A stretch of 64,000 nt of DNA from Octopus sinensis (GCF_006345805.1 NC_042998.1:179862001-179926000), one strand, 5' to 3'. Shown: positions 37,435 to 50,280, counted from the stretch's first letter. The notes: generated by a model not told the origin, from the letters alone. Program-made: numbers and translations.

Positions 37435-37976
37435 GGGAGTATATATATATAAAAATAAGTGAAAGATGTGATGTGAGGGTGACGGCTGGAACTCCTTTAA
37501 TCAAGGGCCTGCCATTTAATGAGAGGTAATATGAGGCTAAACGACGATGACAGTAACAATAAGAGCATCAATAATATGGTAACAAGCCTAGAACTGAAGA
37601 GTTTCAGGTAATGTTAGCAACAGAATTTTGGAAACGCAAAGAGAAATATGGTGCACGAAAACGAAATAGAAACATAAAGACTTGTTTCTGCATGAGGATG
37701 TGTGCAGACAGGGAAAAAATGTCGATATAAAACAATAGATAGATAGATAAATAGATAGATAGATAGATGGACAGACAGAGAGAGAGAGAAAGAGATTTGT
37801 AGATAGTTTGATAGACAGGAGAGGAAACCGGTAGGTAGAGTGTTAAGTTAGTTGTAGGCCGATTAAATATGCAATGACAGTTTTGATGGATTGTGCTAGA
37901 CAAAATGACTTCTGAAACACTGACTAAAAAATATAACACGTTACATAAATATACTGCTATAGAAATTTGCTTCCAC

Positions 37977-38019
<43 letters not shown>

Positions 38020-38610
38020 CATATATAAATGTGTGTGTGTAAGTATGTATGTATACATATATGTATGTATATATGTGTGTGTATGTGTATGTATGTATAT
38101 ATATTATATGCTTGTATATATATAATATATATATATATATATATTATACTTACATACATTCACACATGTGTGAATGTGTCTATGTATATATGTATATAGG
38201 TGCACACACGCCAAGCCGGTTTACGGGTGGACATTTTCCAATGCATACGAAAATATGTTGATTATTTGCCAAGAAAGTGGAGAGAGAATCGGAAGTGAAT
38301 GAATCATAATTCATCTTATTTCCGTTTCTCGTCTATTCATTGTTCAAAATTCTTCTGCTGTAACGTTTGAGTTTTAACAAAACAAAGTACAACGTTGAGA
38401 ACAACAACACCAAGAACGTGTCTAGTATTATTATCATCAATCTATCATTATATCTATATACGAAATCATTGTTATCATTATTTTGAGCTGGCAGAATCAG
38501 TAGAGCTTCGGAAAAAATATGTATGGCAATATTTGAGTCGGCTGTTTAAGCCTATGTTTCAAATCCTTCCGAGGTCGACTTTGCCTTTCATCATTTCAAG
38601 GGTTGATACA

Positions 38611-39045
38611 ATACTTATAGCGTCAAAAACTACAGGTCCATACCGAGCTTCAATCATATGTATAAACTGTGGAGAGGTTGCTCGAATGCATTTCACCAGG
38701 ACCATAGCGAAACAACGTAGTAACTGATGTGATGAGCAGGCACGAGGAAAGAATAGAGACTCAGTCTGTGCTGATAGCTCCTCATCAACAAAGCTGTCCT
38801 AAATGATTCGATGCAGTCCCACCAAAGTCTACAGACTATATGGCTCGACTGTTAGAAGTAGCTTGGTTCTATCCTTCGCTCATGGACAATAGAGGCACTA
38901 AGCCTTGCCAAGGTTCCAACTACTATAGTCGAATCCATTTTGCTGACGCTTTAATGATTCTGGCAGCTCACTGTCTTTAATAATCCTTTCTACAATAAGT
39001 ACAAGGTCTGCAATATGATTGACTACAACATGGGCTAAGTGCTGG
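38611..39045 (+). mobile_element. RLE-LINE RT fragment, near-duplicate of 41680-42040
   Basis: Nucleotide near-identity to 41680-42007. Encodes degenerate KNYR...MYKL...DEQARGK and SWTIEALSLAKVP. Confidence 0.85.
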
Positions 39046-39109
39046 AGTTGGTCGTATCGATTCCCTCCCTTCAAAATTGTCCTTATTAGATAGATCCGAA
39101 ATCCTTATT

Positions 39110-40060
39110 ATTTATATTAAGGTGATCAGCTAGGAATATCGTTAAAGCATTGAACAATATACCATGTGGTATTTCTTCAGGTCCTTATTTCAAATTCTGC
39201 GAAGGTTAGCTTTGCCTTTCAGCCTTTCGAGGTAGTTCATAAAATATGGCATCGACGTAGAAGACTAATTTCATTCCCCGGAAAATACTGGGTTTGTGCC
39301 AAAATTTCAAAACAATTATTAATAAAGACAATGAGGCGGCGAGCTGGCAGAATCGTTAGCGCACTGGACGAAATGCTTAGCAGTATTTAGCCCGTTACTA
39401 CGTTCTGAGTTTACATTCCGCTGAGGTCGACCTTGCCTTTCATCCTTTCAGGGTCGATGAAATAAGTACCAGTTACTGACTGGGGTCGATGAAGTCGACT
39501 ATCGTCTCCCCCATATTGCAGGCCTTGTGCCTATCGTAGAAAGGATTATTAAAGACAGTGAGCTGCCAGAATCATTAAAGCGTCAGCAAAAGTGCCATCT
39601 GTAGTTTTTCTGGCTCTTTACATTTTGAGTTCAAATCCCCACTTGTCAACTTCGTCTTTCATCCATTCAGCAACGTTAAAATGAAGTAACAGAAAAAGCG
39701 GTGCTCCAGCATGGCTGCAGTCAAAAGACTGAAACAAATAAAAGAGTAAAGCATTGTGGCACATGTAATAAACCAGCCTCTCTCCTCAAATCTTTGTTTT
39801 TGTGCCTTAAAAATCATTATTAGTATTATCATTGGTGACGGTTGATTGGCGAACCTGTCAGAGTGTCGACTTCGCGGTATTTTTTCATACTTTTTACATT
39901 TCGGGTTCAAATCGCCACAAGGATGGCTTTGCCCTTCACCTTTTCGGGGTCGATAAAATAAAATACTAATCAAATCCTGGAGTCAATATGATTGTCGGTT
40001 GACACCCGCGTCCCCGAACTTCATGCCCTAAGCCTATGTTAGAAACAATTATTATAAGGG
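39110..40060 (+). mobile_element. Array of diverged A2 SINEs and a SINE C tail
   Basis: Repeated gaggtcgac/ctttcatcctttc/ggggtcgat cores; the clearest copy is 39334-39550. Confidence 0.7.
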
Positions 40061-41295
40061 CGATGGAGTGGTAAAATCTGTTGAGCGTCGTTCAAAATGT
40101 TTTGTGATATTTATTTATGCCTCTTTAAGGTTCTGAATTCAGATTTCCCTGGAGACTGATATTCACTGTACATTCTTCCAGGTTCAATAAAATTTAGCAT
40201 TGGTCAAGTACAGGGCTCTATTTAAATGACAAACTCAGTCTCACCAAATTTGTGGCCTTGGAAATTATTGTTACTGCTGTTGCTGGTGCTGTTGCTGATG
40301 TAGTTAATATTGATATAGTCTGTTAAGGCACACTGAATCAATCTTATAGAGTGGATGAAATACTGTGAATTTAAGTCTTAACACCCATTCGTCCTTCTTT
40401 CTTGTTTTTCATCTTTTCGTTCTAATGCCACTCATCCTTCTTTTATTACTAAGATTTTTATTGATTTCTGGAATGGATAAAAGGACGCCTAGTCATAATA
40501 GAGAATTAAAATTGAGCAAATATAGCCATCTCGCATATCACTGGCACAATTTTAGTGACCCTTGGAAATCAAAGCCAAACGTCGCCTAAACAATACTTGA
40601 AATAAGGACTTCAAAGGTTTTGTTTAAATACTGTAAGACTCTGATATTTATTTCACTCATCCATTTCTTTTGATTAGACACTGCAAGGAACATCAAAATA
40701 GATAACTGAAAACAAACATCTCGCTATACTTGCATACATATATTAATACATACACACATGCATACATGGCCGCACGCACACATATATTCATATATGCATA
40801 CATAAATACATACATACATTCATACATACACACACATTAACATTCATACATGCGCATACGTAATCATGTACATACATTTGTATATATCAACTTAAATACA
40901 TACATCCAAACGTCGGCACGTGGCACTCTTCAGTAAGCTAATAACCCTGAAGCGATCCGTAAGTCAAAGGCTTCATTATTGCAAGTAATTACGAGAATGT
41001 ATGATAATAAATTGCAAATTTGCATAAAACTATACAAGTGGTATAGCAAAGTATGAAATGTTATTGCGTACCTCCCCAGATTAATCTAAAATTATTGTGA
41101 GGAAGACCTTGAATTGTAGAAAAACAGCACGAATGTGATGTAAAGGGATTAAATGAGATACAGAGTGAGGGCAAATGTCTTTCCCAAATATAATATCACC
41201 AGTGAAATTAGGATTATATAGGTTCTGCAAAACTACCTGCAAGTGACCTGATAGTTGTTTCTTAGTAGAGAAAGCTCACACCCTACAAGAAAGTC

Positions 41296-41600
41296 CTTGT
41301 TTGTTCCTTCTCGAGCCATGCCTGACTCATAAGGGCCGGTTTCCCGGTTTCCTTGGCGTATAGGTTCCCCACCTGGACGGGACGCCGGTCCGTCGCAGGT
41401 GAGCTGCAAGATGCAGGAGGAAAGAGTGAGAGAAAGTTTTGGCGAAAGAGTCAGCAGAAGTTCGTCATTACTTTCTGCCGGAGCCGCGTGGAGCTTAGGT
41501 GTTTCGCTCATAAACACACACATCGCCCGGTCTGAGTTTCGAACCCGCGATTCCTCGACCGCAAGTCCGCTGCTCTAACCACTAGGCCATGTGTCTCCAT
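41296..41600 (-). mobile_element. SINE E (B-like 5' half plus D-like 3' half)
   Basis: TSD aagaaagtc (41287-41295 / 41601-41609). Confidence 0.85.
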
Positions 41601-42086
41601 AAGAAAGTCGTTGCTAACTTGTTAAAAAAAAGCAGACAATAGACGGTAAACTCGAAGTGTCTGACAAACTGAGTGTAGCATACTTATAGCGTCAAAAACT
41701 ACAGGTCCATGCCGAGCTTCAATCATATGTATAAACTGTGGAGAGGTTGCTTGAATGCTTTCACCAGGACCTTGGCGAAACAACCTGGTGACTGATGTGA
41801 TGAGCAGGCACGAGGAAAGAGTAGAGACTCAGTCTGTACTGATAGCTTCTCATCAACAAAACTGTCCTAAATGATTCGATGCAGTACCACCGAAGTCTAC
41901 AGACTATATGACTTGACTGTTAGAAGTTGCTTGGCTCTATCCTTCGCTCATGGACAATAGAGGTACTAAGCCTTGCCAAGGTTCCAACTACTATAGTCCA
42001 ATCCATTAAGTGATTGACTACAACATGAGCTAAAGTGCTATCGACAGGAATCGAAACTACAATTATAGTCATTAACAAAATTATGT

Positions 42087-42280
42087 TGGTTTCAAATATT
42101 GGCACAGGGCCGGCTATTTAGTGGGAAGAACTAAGTCGATTACATCGACCCCCAGTGATCAACTGGTATTTATTTTATCGACTCCGAATGTCGACCTTGG
42201 TGGAATTTGAATTCAGAACGTAAAGACCTTACGAAACACCGTTAAGCATTTTGCTCGGCGTGCTAACGATTCTGACCGCT
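42087..42280 (-). mobile_element. SINE A2 inside the LINE relic
   Basis: Core motifs present in reverse. Confidence 0.75.
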
Positions 42281-42754
42281 TGATTTAAAATGCTTTTCGT
42301 TCAAGCAGTGAATCTTTTGTCAGTCCTGTTAACAAAATGCAAAGGATACTTGACAGGATCTGCAAAAGAGATTAAATTAATGCCTCACACATCTTTTGTG
42401 TTGATGACCTTAAGATGTATTCAAATAATATTCGTGACATAAAGAAACTGAACTGGCTTAACCTTCTCACTGGAGCTTATTTGGTCATCAAACGAGGAAA
42501 GATTATTGTCCATGTGAGGAATATGGATATTAATTGCATCTCCTTCACTCACTATCTCCAATTAGGAATGTTGGAAGTAGCTCGAAATTGGCGTAGATAT
42601 AAGATGCCCCAAAATGATTTCTCTGTACCAGTACTTGTACAAACAATTAGAATACCGACGGAAGAGAAAGAAATCTACAGTTTGGGCTTCAAAGACAGAA
42701 AGATATTAACAACTACTGATTACGTCCAAATCAGTAGTGAAATTGCTTTATGTT

Positions 42755-43142
42755 GGATGGAAGCACTCCGTCGGTTTCGACGACGAGGGTTCCGGTTGAT
42801 CCGAATCAACGGAACAGCCTGCTCGTGAAATTAACGTGCAAGTGGATGAGGACTCCACAGACACGTGTACCCTTAACGCAGTTCTCGGGGACATTCAGCG
42901 TGACACAGAGAGTGATAAGGCCAGCCCTTTGAAATACAAGTACAACAGAAACAGGAAGTAAGAGTGAGAGAAAGGGTGGGTGAAAGAGAGTACAGCAGGG
43001 ATCACACCATCCCCTGCCCGGAGCTCGTGGAGCTTTAGGTGATTTCGCTCAATAAACACTCACAAGCGCCCGGTCTGGGAATCGAAACCGCGATCCTATG
43101 ACCGCGAGTCCGCTGCCCTAACCACTAGGCCATTGCGCCTCC
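42755..43142 (-). mobile_element. SINE B, full length
   Basis: TSD tgctttatgtt (42744-42754 / 43143-43153). Confidence 0.95.
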
Positions 43143-44001
43143 TGCTTTATGTTAAACGGGGGGACAGAGGTAAAGGAAAAGTTTAGTTCAGGCGGTCTTC
43201 GAGAGCTGCATCGTATCAGTTAAACAACATCAACTGAAAAGAGGGAAATGACAGCAATATATGTGTAATTAACGGCAAAAATAATAACACCATGCGACTA
43301 GATGAAGAAGACCTGAGCAGTTACAATGAGTGTGTGTATAGCTGTTCCATGGAAAACAAAGATAGCTGAGCTAACCTACTGAAACAGAAACTTTGCAAAG
43401 AAACATCCATGATACCAGTAGAGAGTTATGCATCGGTACAAGCTGGAGGACACCAATAGCAATGACTGGAATAGTAGCATCTCCTGGACTTGTGATTCAT
43501 ACATAACATTTCACTTATAACGCTACAGCCTTGTTATCTAGGAATAGGAGATAGCTATTAAATATGTAATTAATAATAGAGATAATGAAGCCTCTAAATC
43601 TCCACATTGTGACAGAAAATGTCGATTGTGCAGAAGATATCATCCATCTCTCATCATCAGTATAGTTCACAAGATACTACTTACCCATAAAGTACGTTAC
43701 TGGGGCTAAAACCCATTTAGAATGCTATCCGCAGGAAGGACTATCCTAATTTTATACTAAGGGTTCACTAGAACCAGAATATATCCATACCTTCTAAAAT
43801 AAAGAATACTGCTGGAAAATCCTATGAAAGCAGCAACTCTTTCTATGTACACAATATGCCATTGTTGTATGTGACGTCGAGCAAAAATCATGCACTGTTG
43901 GAAAGACGAGCTGCCCAGTGGATGTGAATGCCTCGAAAATTGGGGGAAAAAAAGAACATCCATGGAGAACTAACGAGAAATTTGCAGCTCTTGTACCTAT
44001 G

Positions 44002-44073
<72 letters not shown>

Positions 44074-44227
44074 AATTAAAAAAGGAAAATACGCCACACT
44101 ACATACTTTTAATATAATTTTAATATATCGACCAGTTTCGCTATCGCTATTCATGAATAGCGATATTAACTTCTTATATATATTACAACTCACCACGTGG
44201 GGATAATCGAAATTCCTCTTTTCTGTT

Positions 44228-44266
<39 letters not shown>

Positions 44267-44336
44267 GTATATATTTATAACGGCGGTGCATCAGCATGGG
44301 CGCAGCTATGAGCTGAAACTAGAAAAAAAAAAAAAT

Positions 44337-44630
44337 TACTTGTACTTGTGACGCCGTTCACCCAGGTTGGGTTGAGCCGGCTTCTTCTCTGGTTTTGACG
44401 GCATTACGAACCATGGCGGTCCACGCTCGACTGTCCTGTGCGAGGTCACTGGAGATAGCGAGCCATTCGCGGTTCCATCTGCACAGACCGACCACCAGCG
44501 GACCTGAGAGTTCGGAGAGGTCTTCCTTTATCGTCGTTGCCCAGGTCTTCAGCTGCCCGCCGTGTGTTTTCGCCAGTTGGGAAGTAGACGCGGGAGGAGG
44601 ACATCGCGATTACAAGTTGGAGTTTTGTCA
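44337..44630 (-). mobile_element. RTE-clade LINE 3' end
   Basis: GGQLKTWATTIKEDL...GLCRWNREW...LAQDSRAW...EAGSTQPG* with stop at 44358-44360, and a (CAAGTA)n tail. Confidence 0.85.
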
Positions 44631-45621
44631 GTATCGCTAACCATGATATATACAAGCATTGTTTTCAGTCATTTTGGTTTCTTGTCAACAAAAAATAGAA
44701 CCGGATGAATGGTACATCAAATATTTTTAAACAATCTTACTTGAGACGATACCATGTTATCTTTACATGTAATAGTTAAGTCGAACTTTTGAACACGATC
44801 TTAATTCTATACGTAAATAGAACGTTCTTTGATTTCTTCTGTATCATTGATTTGCTCTTCATAAATTAAGAATATAATCGTTATTTCTTTTGATAATACA
44901 ATACTATCTTTTTTAAATGATCATTGATTTAGTCTTCTCTGTATAGATTATTTTAAAATTTAATTTCATATATATTCATGGCTATCAAGCAGACATAAAC
45001 CATTGATAATTCAATATCTATGATTATATTTAAAGAACTTAAGTGTATTCAAGAAAGTATTAAAAGAACAAAAATATTCCATAATCAAAATAGTTCATAA
45101 TTAATTTGGTACGCTAATGTTCAATATCATATGAATTTTTAAGCGGTTACCAAATATTTTTTTGCTGAATTCGGATTTTTGCTAAATAGGGCTGGTGCTT
45201 ATGATTTCGAGATCTCAACAAACCAGTTGTTCAGATTTTTTACTACTCACTTCTGAATATTTGAATATAGCTATTTGATCATAAGTTGTGAAGCTGTGAA
45301 CAATCAAGTAGATAGTTTTTTGGCTTAGAGGTAATATGGGGGAAGCTTTTGTGTTGGAGCTTCGTCAAATGCAAGAGCAGTTATGAATGTTAGATTCATA
45401 AAAAGGCATGAGACCCGTGAACTATTGTAAGATGTTGATTACGAATGAAGTACATTACAGCATTCGTTGGGATGAGTAAGCATACCAAAAGCTAAACGGA
45501 AAATTTAAAATGTCAGCATTCCTGGTGGTTCTCTGGGTTATCTGTTAGAATAAATCTTAGATGCCTGTATACTTAGTTCCTAAAACCGATTTCCATCAAG
45601 GCATGTCTGTGTGTGTATGTG

Positions 45622-45745
45622 TGTGTATGCCATTATTCACTTATTTCAAGATTTCTTGCCAGTAGAGAAAGATTCGGTTTCTAACCTAGTCCAAGGCACC
45701 TTCATTGGAATTTCAACATCAACGATAGGGTATTTTCTATGTATG

Positions 45746-45779
<34 letters not shown>

Positions 45780-46634
45780 TGTATGTATGTATGTATGTAT
45801 GTATGTATGTATGTATGCATGCATGTATGTATGTATGTATGTATGTATGTATGTATGTATGTATGTATGTATTTATGTATGTATGTATTTATGTATGTAT
45901 GTATTTATGTATGTATGCATGTATGAATGTATTTATGTATGTATGTATTTATTTATGTATGTATGTATGTATGTATTTATGTATATATGTATGTATGTAT
46001 TTATGTATGTATGTATGTATGTATGTATTTATGTATGTATGTATGTATGTATTTATGTATGTATGTATGTATCTATTTATGTATGTATATATTTATGTAT
46101 TTATGTATGTACTTATAAGTGTAGATTTGACTGTTTTATGCGTGTATTGTCATGCATATAGTTGCATATATAGACATGCTCATATATATTTAAATGATAA
46201 ACTTCGGGGAAAGTTTACAGATTTTTACAGTTCCAGTAATGGATTGGATCTGTAGTTTTGGAATCAGCTTTCTCCTTTCTGGTTTTGAGAAGCCTAATTC
46301 CTCAAGACTGGTATTTAAGCAGTGTGTTACATATCCCAATACCCTAAGAGTTACAGGTATAAACCTGAACTTGTAACCTGGATAGAGTAACCGCAGATTT
46401 CTTAATATTTCAGCATATGTATTCTCTTTTTCCCATGGATACCAGTACTCCTTTTTATTATGAGTGGCTATGGCTTCTACCAAACTGTGGGTTCTTATTT
46501 CTTTGTCCCCGAGGATTTTGTTATAGAGTGTCCTAGCTACAACAACATTGGTTGATAATACCAAGACATTTTCGGACAACTGTATATTATGTGGGTGATA
46601 ATCTTCGGTGTTAACTCTGCAAAGTCTGCCTGTC
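45622..46634 (-). mobile_element. RLE-LINE 3' part, internally deleted, with expanded 3' UTR microsatellite
   Basis: VVARTLYN...EAIATHNKKEYW|EKENTYAE...KFII*. Its 3' UTR is paralogous to 56785-56996. Confidence 0.9.
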
Positions 46635-46726
46635 AGTCTGTATGTGTGTGTGTATGTATGTATGTATGTATGTATGTATGTATGTATGTATGTATGTATG
46701 TATGTATGTATGTATGTATGTATGTA

Positions 46727-47110
46727 TAAAATAAAATAATGAAATTATGGTATACAGTGCTCAGGTGCACCACAGCTTGTCAGAAAGTGCATATAGAGTA
46801 TATGCAGTAATGTAAAAATGTCTGGAAAGCAAACAATGTATGAGTCAGATACATGCGTGTGTGTGTATGGAGGGGAGGAAATCAGGTGTAGTGTTGGCGA
46901 ATCTCAGGAAGCATGGAAGTTTTGAAGGATGCAGTGCTCCGACAACTAACCACTGCTGCCGGCAGTTTGTTCCATGCTTCAGCAACTCTCAGCGTGAAAA
47001 AATGTTTCCTAAAGTCATGGGATCCGTGCTGTTTTCTGACTTTGTAAATATGTCCACGGGTGTTAGACGGGTGGAGTTTGAAAAGGTGCTCAGAGTTATT
47101 GTTTGTAAGA
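46727..47110 (-). mobile_element. CR1-group LINE 3' end
   Basis: NTRGHIYKVRKQH...RKHFFTLRVAEAWNKLPAAVVSCRSTASFK with stop at 46882-46884, and an (ATTTT)n tail. Confidence 0.9.
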
Positions 47111-47112
47111 TG

Positions 47113-47169
47113 GTTTGTATGTATGTATGTATGTATGTATGTATGTATGTATGTATGTATGTATGTATG

Positions 47170-47200
<31 letters not shown>

Positions 47201-47870
47201 GTATGTATGTATGTATGTATGTTTGTATGTATGTATGTATGTATGTATGTATGTATGTACGTACGTAGAGAGCGACAGAGCTACAAAGAATGAGAAAGAG
47301 GTAAATATTGATAGCTTGATAGATAGATAAATAGTATAATACGACTAGAGAGATACCTATTTTGTATTTGTATAAATATGCGTTTCAGCACATGTGTGGA
47401 TATCCGCCTGTATGTGTGTGCGCGTGTCCGCCTATATCTTTGTACATATGCATGTAAGTATGTATGTATGTATGTATGTATGTATGTATGTATGTATGTA
47501 TGTATGTATGTATGCTTGTATGTATGTATATATGCATTTATGTATGTAAGTATGTATGTGTGTATGTATGTATGTATGTAAGTATGCACGTATGTTTGTA
47601 TGTATCTACGTACGTTCGTACATACATATATACGTGTGTATGTGTGTTTGTGTGTGCCTGCGCGCGTGCATATATAACACACACACAAAGACACTCACAC
47701 AGACACACACACATATATACATACACACACCTATATATGCACGTGCGCAGGCACACACGCATACACACACGTATATATGTATGTACGGACGTACGTCCAT
47801 ACATACAAACGTTCGTGCATACATACATACATACATACATACATACATACATACATAATACATACATAGC
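47113..47870. repeat. (TATG)n/(CATA)n/(CA)n microsatellite complex
   Basis: Read directly from the sequence. Confidence 0.9.
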
Positions 47871-47873
47871 TAG

Positions 47874-47925
<52 letters not shown>

Positions 47926-48303
47926 TATATTGCTTTTTCTTCATGTTAACTTGTATGTGCGAACGCATTTGTTGTATGTTATATACGCTCCATTAGTATC
48001 CGGTTGACCTAACAGTCGTTTGTCATCCGTCAGCAACAATTTCCTAAAATATTACTCATATTGTCTTGTGCGAAGGGGGACTTTGCTGACGTAAGCTGCT
48101 GAAGCTTAGACTAGTTATTTACTATGTATATTTGAGTTCATCTCACAACTTTCAGTTCGATATAAACTTGGATTACAGACAGGGGATTGGCCGAGTCGTT
48201 AGATCACTGGATGATTGTTTTGCGACATGCTGCCAAGATCAATTTTTTTTTTCATTTTTTCAGGGTCGATGGATATAGTACCGGTATCGTAACAGAGATA
48301 GTT

Positions 48304-48366
<63 letters not shown>

Positions 48367-48375
48367 ATATATATA

Positions 48376-48540
48376 TCACCTTGATCACCGTGATCAGATG
48401 TTGCTACATATCTCTGGTTACAATGCGCTTCGCATTGTTTTACCCTTCAAATGACGCCACCCCGCTGGCTATGCGAGCAGGCCAACAGAAGAAAGAGTGA
48501 GAGAAAGTTGTGGCGAAAGAGTACAGCATTGCGCCTCCAC
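48376..48540 (-). mobile_element. B-related SINE variant with internal deletion and a different tail
   Basis: gagtgagagaaagttgtggcgaaagagtacagc joined directly to attgcgcctccac. Confidence 0.65.
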
Positions 48541-48594
<54 letters not shown>

Positions 48595-49767
48595 CGTATG
48601 TGTGTGTGTGTGTTATTTATAGAAAAAAAAACAAAACCAAGGCAGAACGAGTATCTAAAGTCATTTAGAATAATTTAATTTGAAGAGTTAAAGCCGTTTC
48701 TGGGATAACCCAAGTGGTAGGTTAGCATGTCTGTGCACTGGGTATTCTGTCACCAGAGACAAGGTATGAATATTTTTGCCATGGAAGAATTTACAGTTTA
48801 AAGGAATAAGATAGAAGAGTAAAGAGTAAAATTATAGGCAGGAGAATAGTGTTCACAACTCATCTTTTCCCCGGGGATATAGATGTTGGTCGGTACTTCC
48901 CAGGTAAATCCAGGCAGTATTTTGGAAGTATTTTGAATGATGTATTCATATTGTATATGTGTATATAGAAATTACGATGGACATAAATGGGTTTTGTGAG
49001 TATGTATGAGAGAGAGAGAGGGGAGAAAGGGGGAGAGAAAGATAGGAGAAAGGAATAAAAATAGAGTGGTAAACGGTAGAAAATAAATATAGAAGTAAGA
49101 GGTAAGAATAAAATATAAATAAAAATAATAATAAAAAATATTAAGATAAAATAAAAATAAGGTAATGATAGATATATTATGAATGGGTTTTGTGAGCGTA
49201 TGTGTGTGTGGGAGAGAGGAGAAGTGGAAACAAAATTTAATGAGATAGAGGTAGCAGGGTAAAAAATAAATGAAAAATAAATGAAAGTAAATGTAATGAA
49301 TATATATATATGTCTGTATGGTATGAGGGCCAGGGGTTAAATATTGAAGTTTCACTAGATTGAGATGGGAGGCCAACCTAAGTAAGGCTAATAAGGATAA
49401 TAGTTTAGTGCAGATATTTAAAATTGCATTTTAAACATGATAGCAATTAAATGGTACGAAATGAAGGATTAAGAATTAAAATTAGAACTGAAAATTAATT
49501 ATTTTTTTAGTTGAAGCTAGTTTCTAATGTACTTATGCTGATATATAGGTAGGGGGAAATGAATAGATTGTACACAGACATACACACACACACACACACA
49601 CACCACACACACACACACACACACCACACACACACACATACACACACACACACATACACACACACACATACACACCGTATGGTATCACTCAGGCAGCACT
49701 TGCTAAACAACAGCAGCAAAAATAAATATATTAATGCATATATTAATAAATATATTAATGTCCTAAA

Positions 49768-49975
49768 ATGTCGTCACAGTACTACCTCCCGATGCGGCAC
49801 GATGTTGTAGCTAAAACAATTTACAATGCCATCCGCAAAAAAGACTGTCCTGAAATAAGCTTAGAAAATCCCACTGTTACGGAATACATTCATAAATACC
49901 AACTCAAAACTACTGCCAAATGTAAGCATAACACGCCAGATATTGTTATTTGGGACAGAGGGACAAATATATTAA
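49768..49975 (+). mobile_element. RLE-LINE endonuclease fragment
   Basis: YYLPMRHDVVAKTIYNAIRKKDCP...KCKHNTPDIVIWD. Confidence 0.85.
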
Positions 49976-49979
49976 ACCA

Positions 49980-50280
49980 CGTGAAGTTGGTTTTAATTGT
50001 GAACTTCTCACCTTGTTTGAATAGGAATTCCGAGCCTTCCAGTAGGTTGGGACATGTTCCAGAGTTTGGGCGTCCACATTTTTTAACCATTGGTTTCCTG
50101 GTTGTTGTGTAAGCTTCTTTTCAGCGATTTGTGTTGCTTTTTGCATTTGATAAATTTATGTGATTTCAGAATGCTGTTCAATTTCGGATCCCTAATAAAA
50201 ATAGGTAGATTCTTGTTTCTAGGGTTGTGAGTTGATATATATGGTAGTGTTTTGAGATGGAGTGTGGTGTTACGTTGTAT
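49980..50280 (-). mobile_element. Penelope-like element ORF fragment (linker before GIY-YIG)
   Basis: LPYISTHNPRNKN...KSHKFIKCKKQHKSLKR and KKCGRPNSGTCPNLLEGSEFLFKQGEKFTIKTNF. Confidence 0.7.

Larger units (their letters stand above)
41050..44000 (+). mobile_element. Degenerate RLE-type (R4/Dong-like) LINE spanning RT, CCHC and endonuclease
   Basis: KLPASDLIV..RKLT; VKNYRS...MYKL; LLINKTVLND; LFVQAVNLLSVLL; SHIFCVDDLKMY (YxDD motif); EIAIKY; CDRKCRLC; RYYLP; NKEYCW; EKKNIHGELTRNLQLLY. Confidence 0.85.

Noticed and set aside
38611-42040. Direct repeats 3 kb apart as an LTR pair
   Set aside because: No TG...CA ends, and the repeat translates to LINE RT motifs.
44950-45600. Possible GIY-YIG/Penelope remnant on the minus strand
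   Set aside because: No convincing conserved motif after translation.
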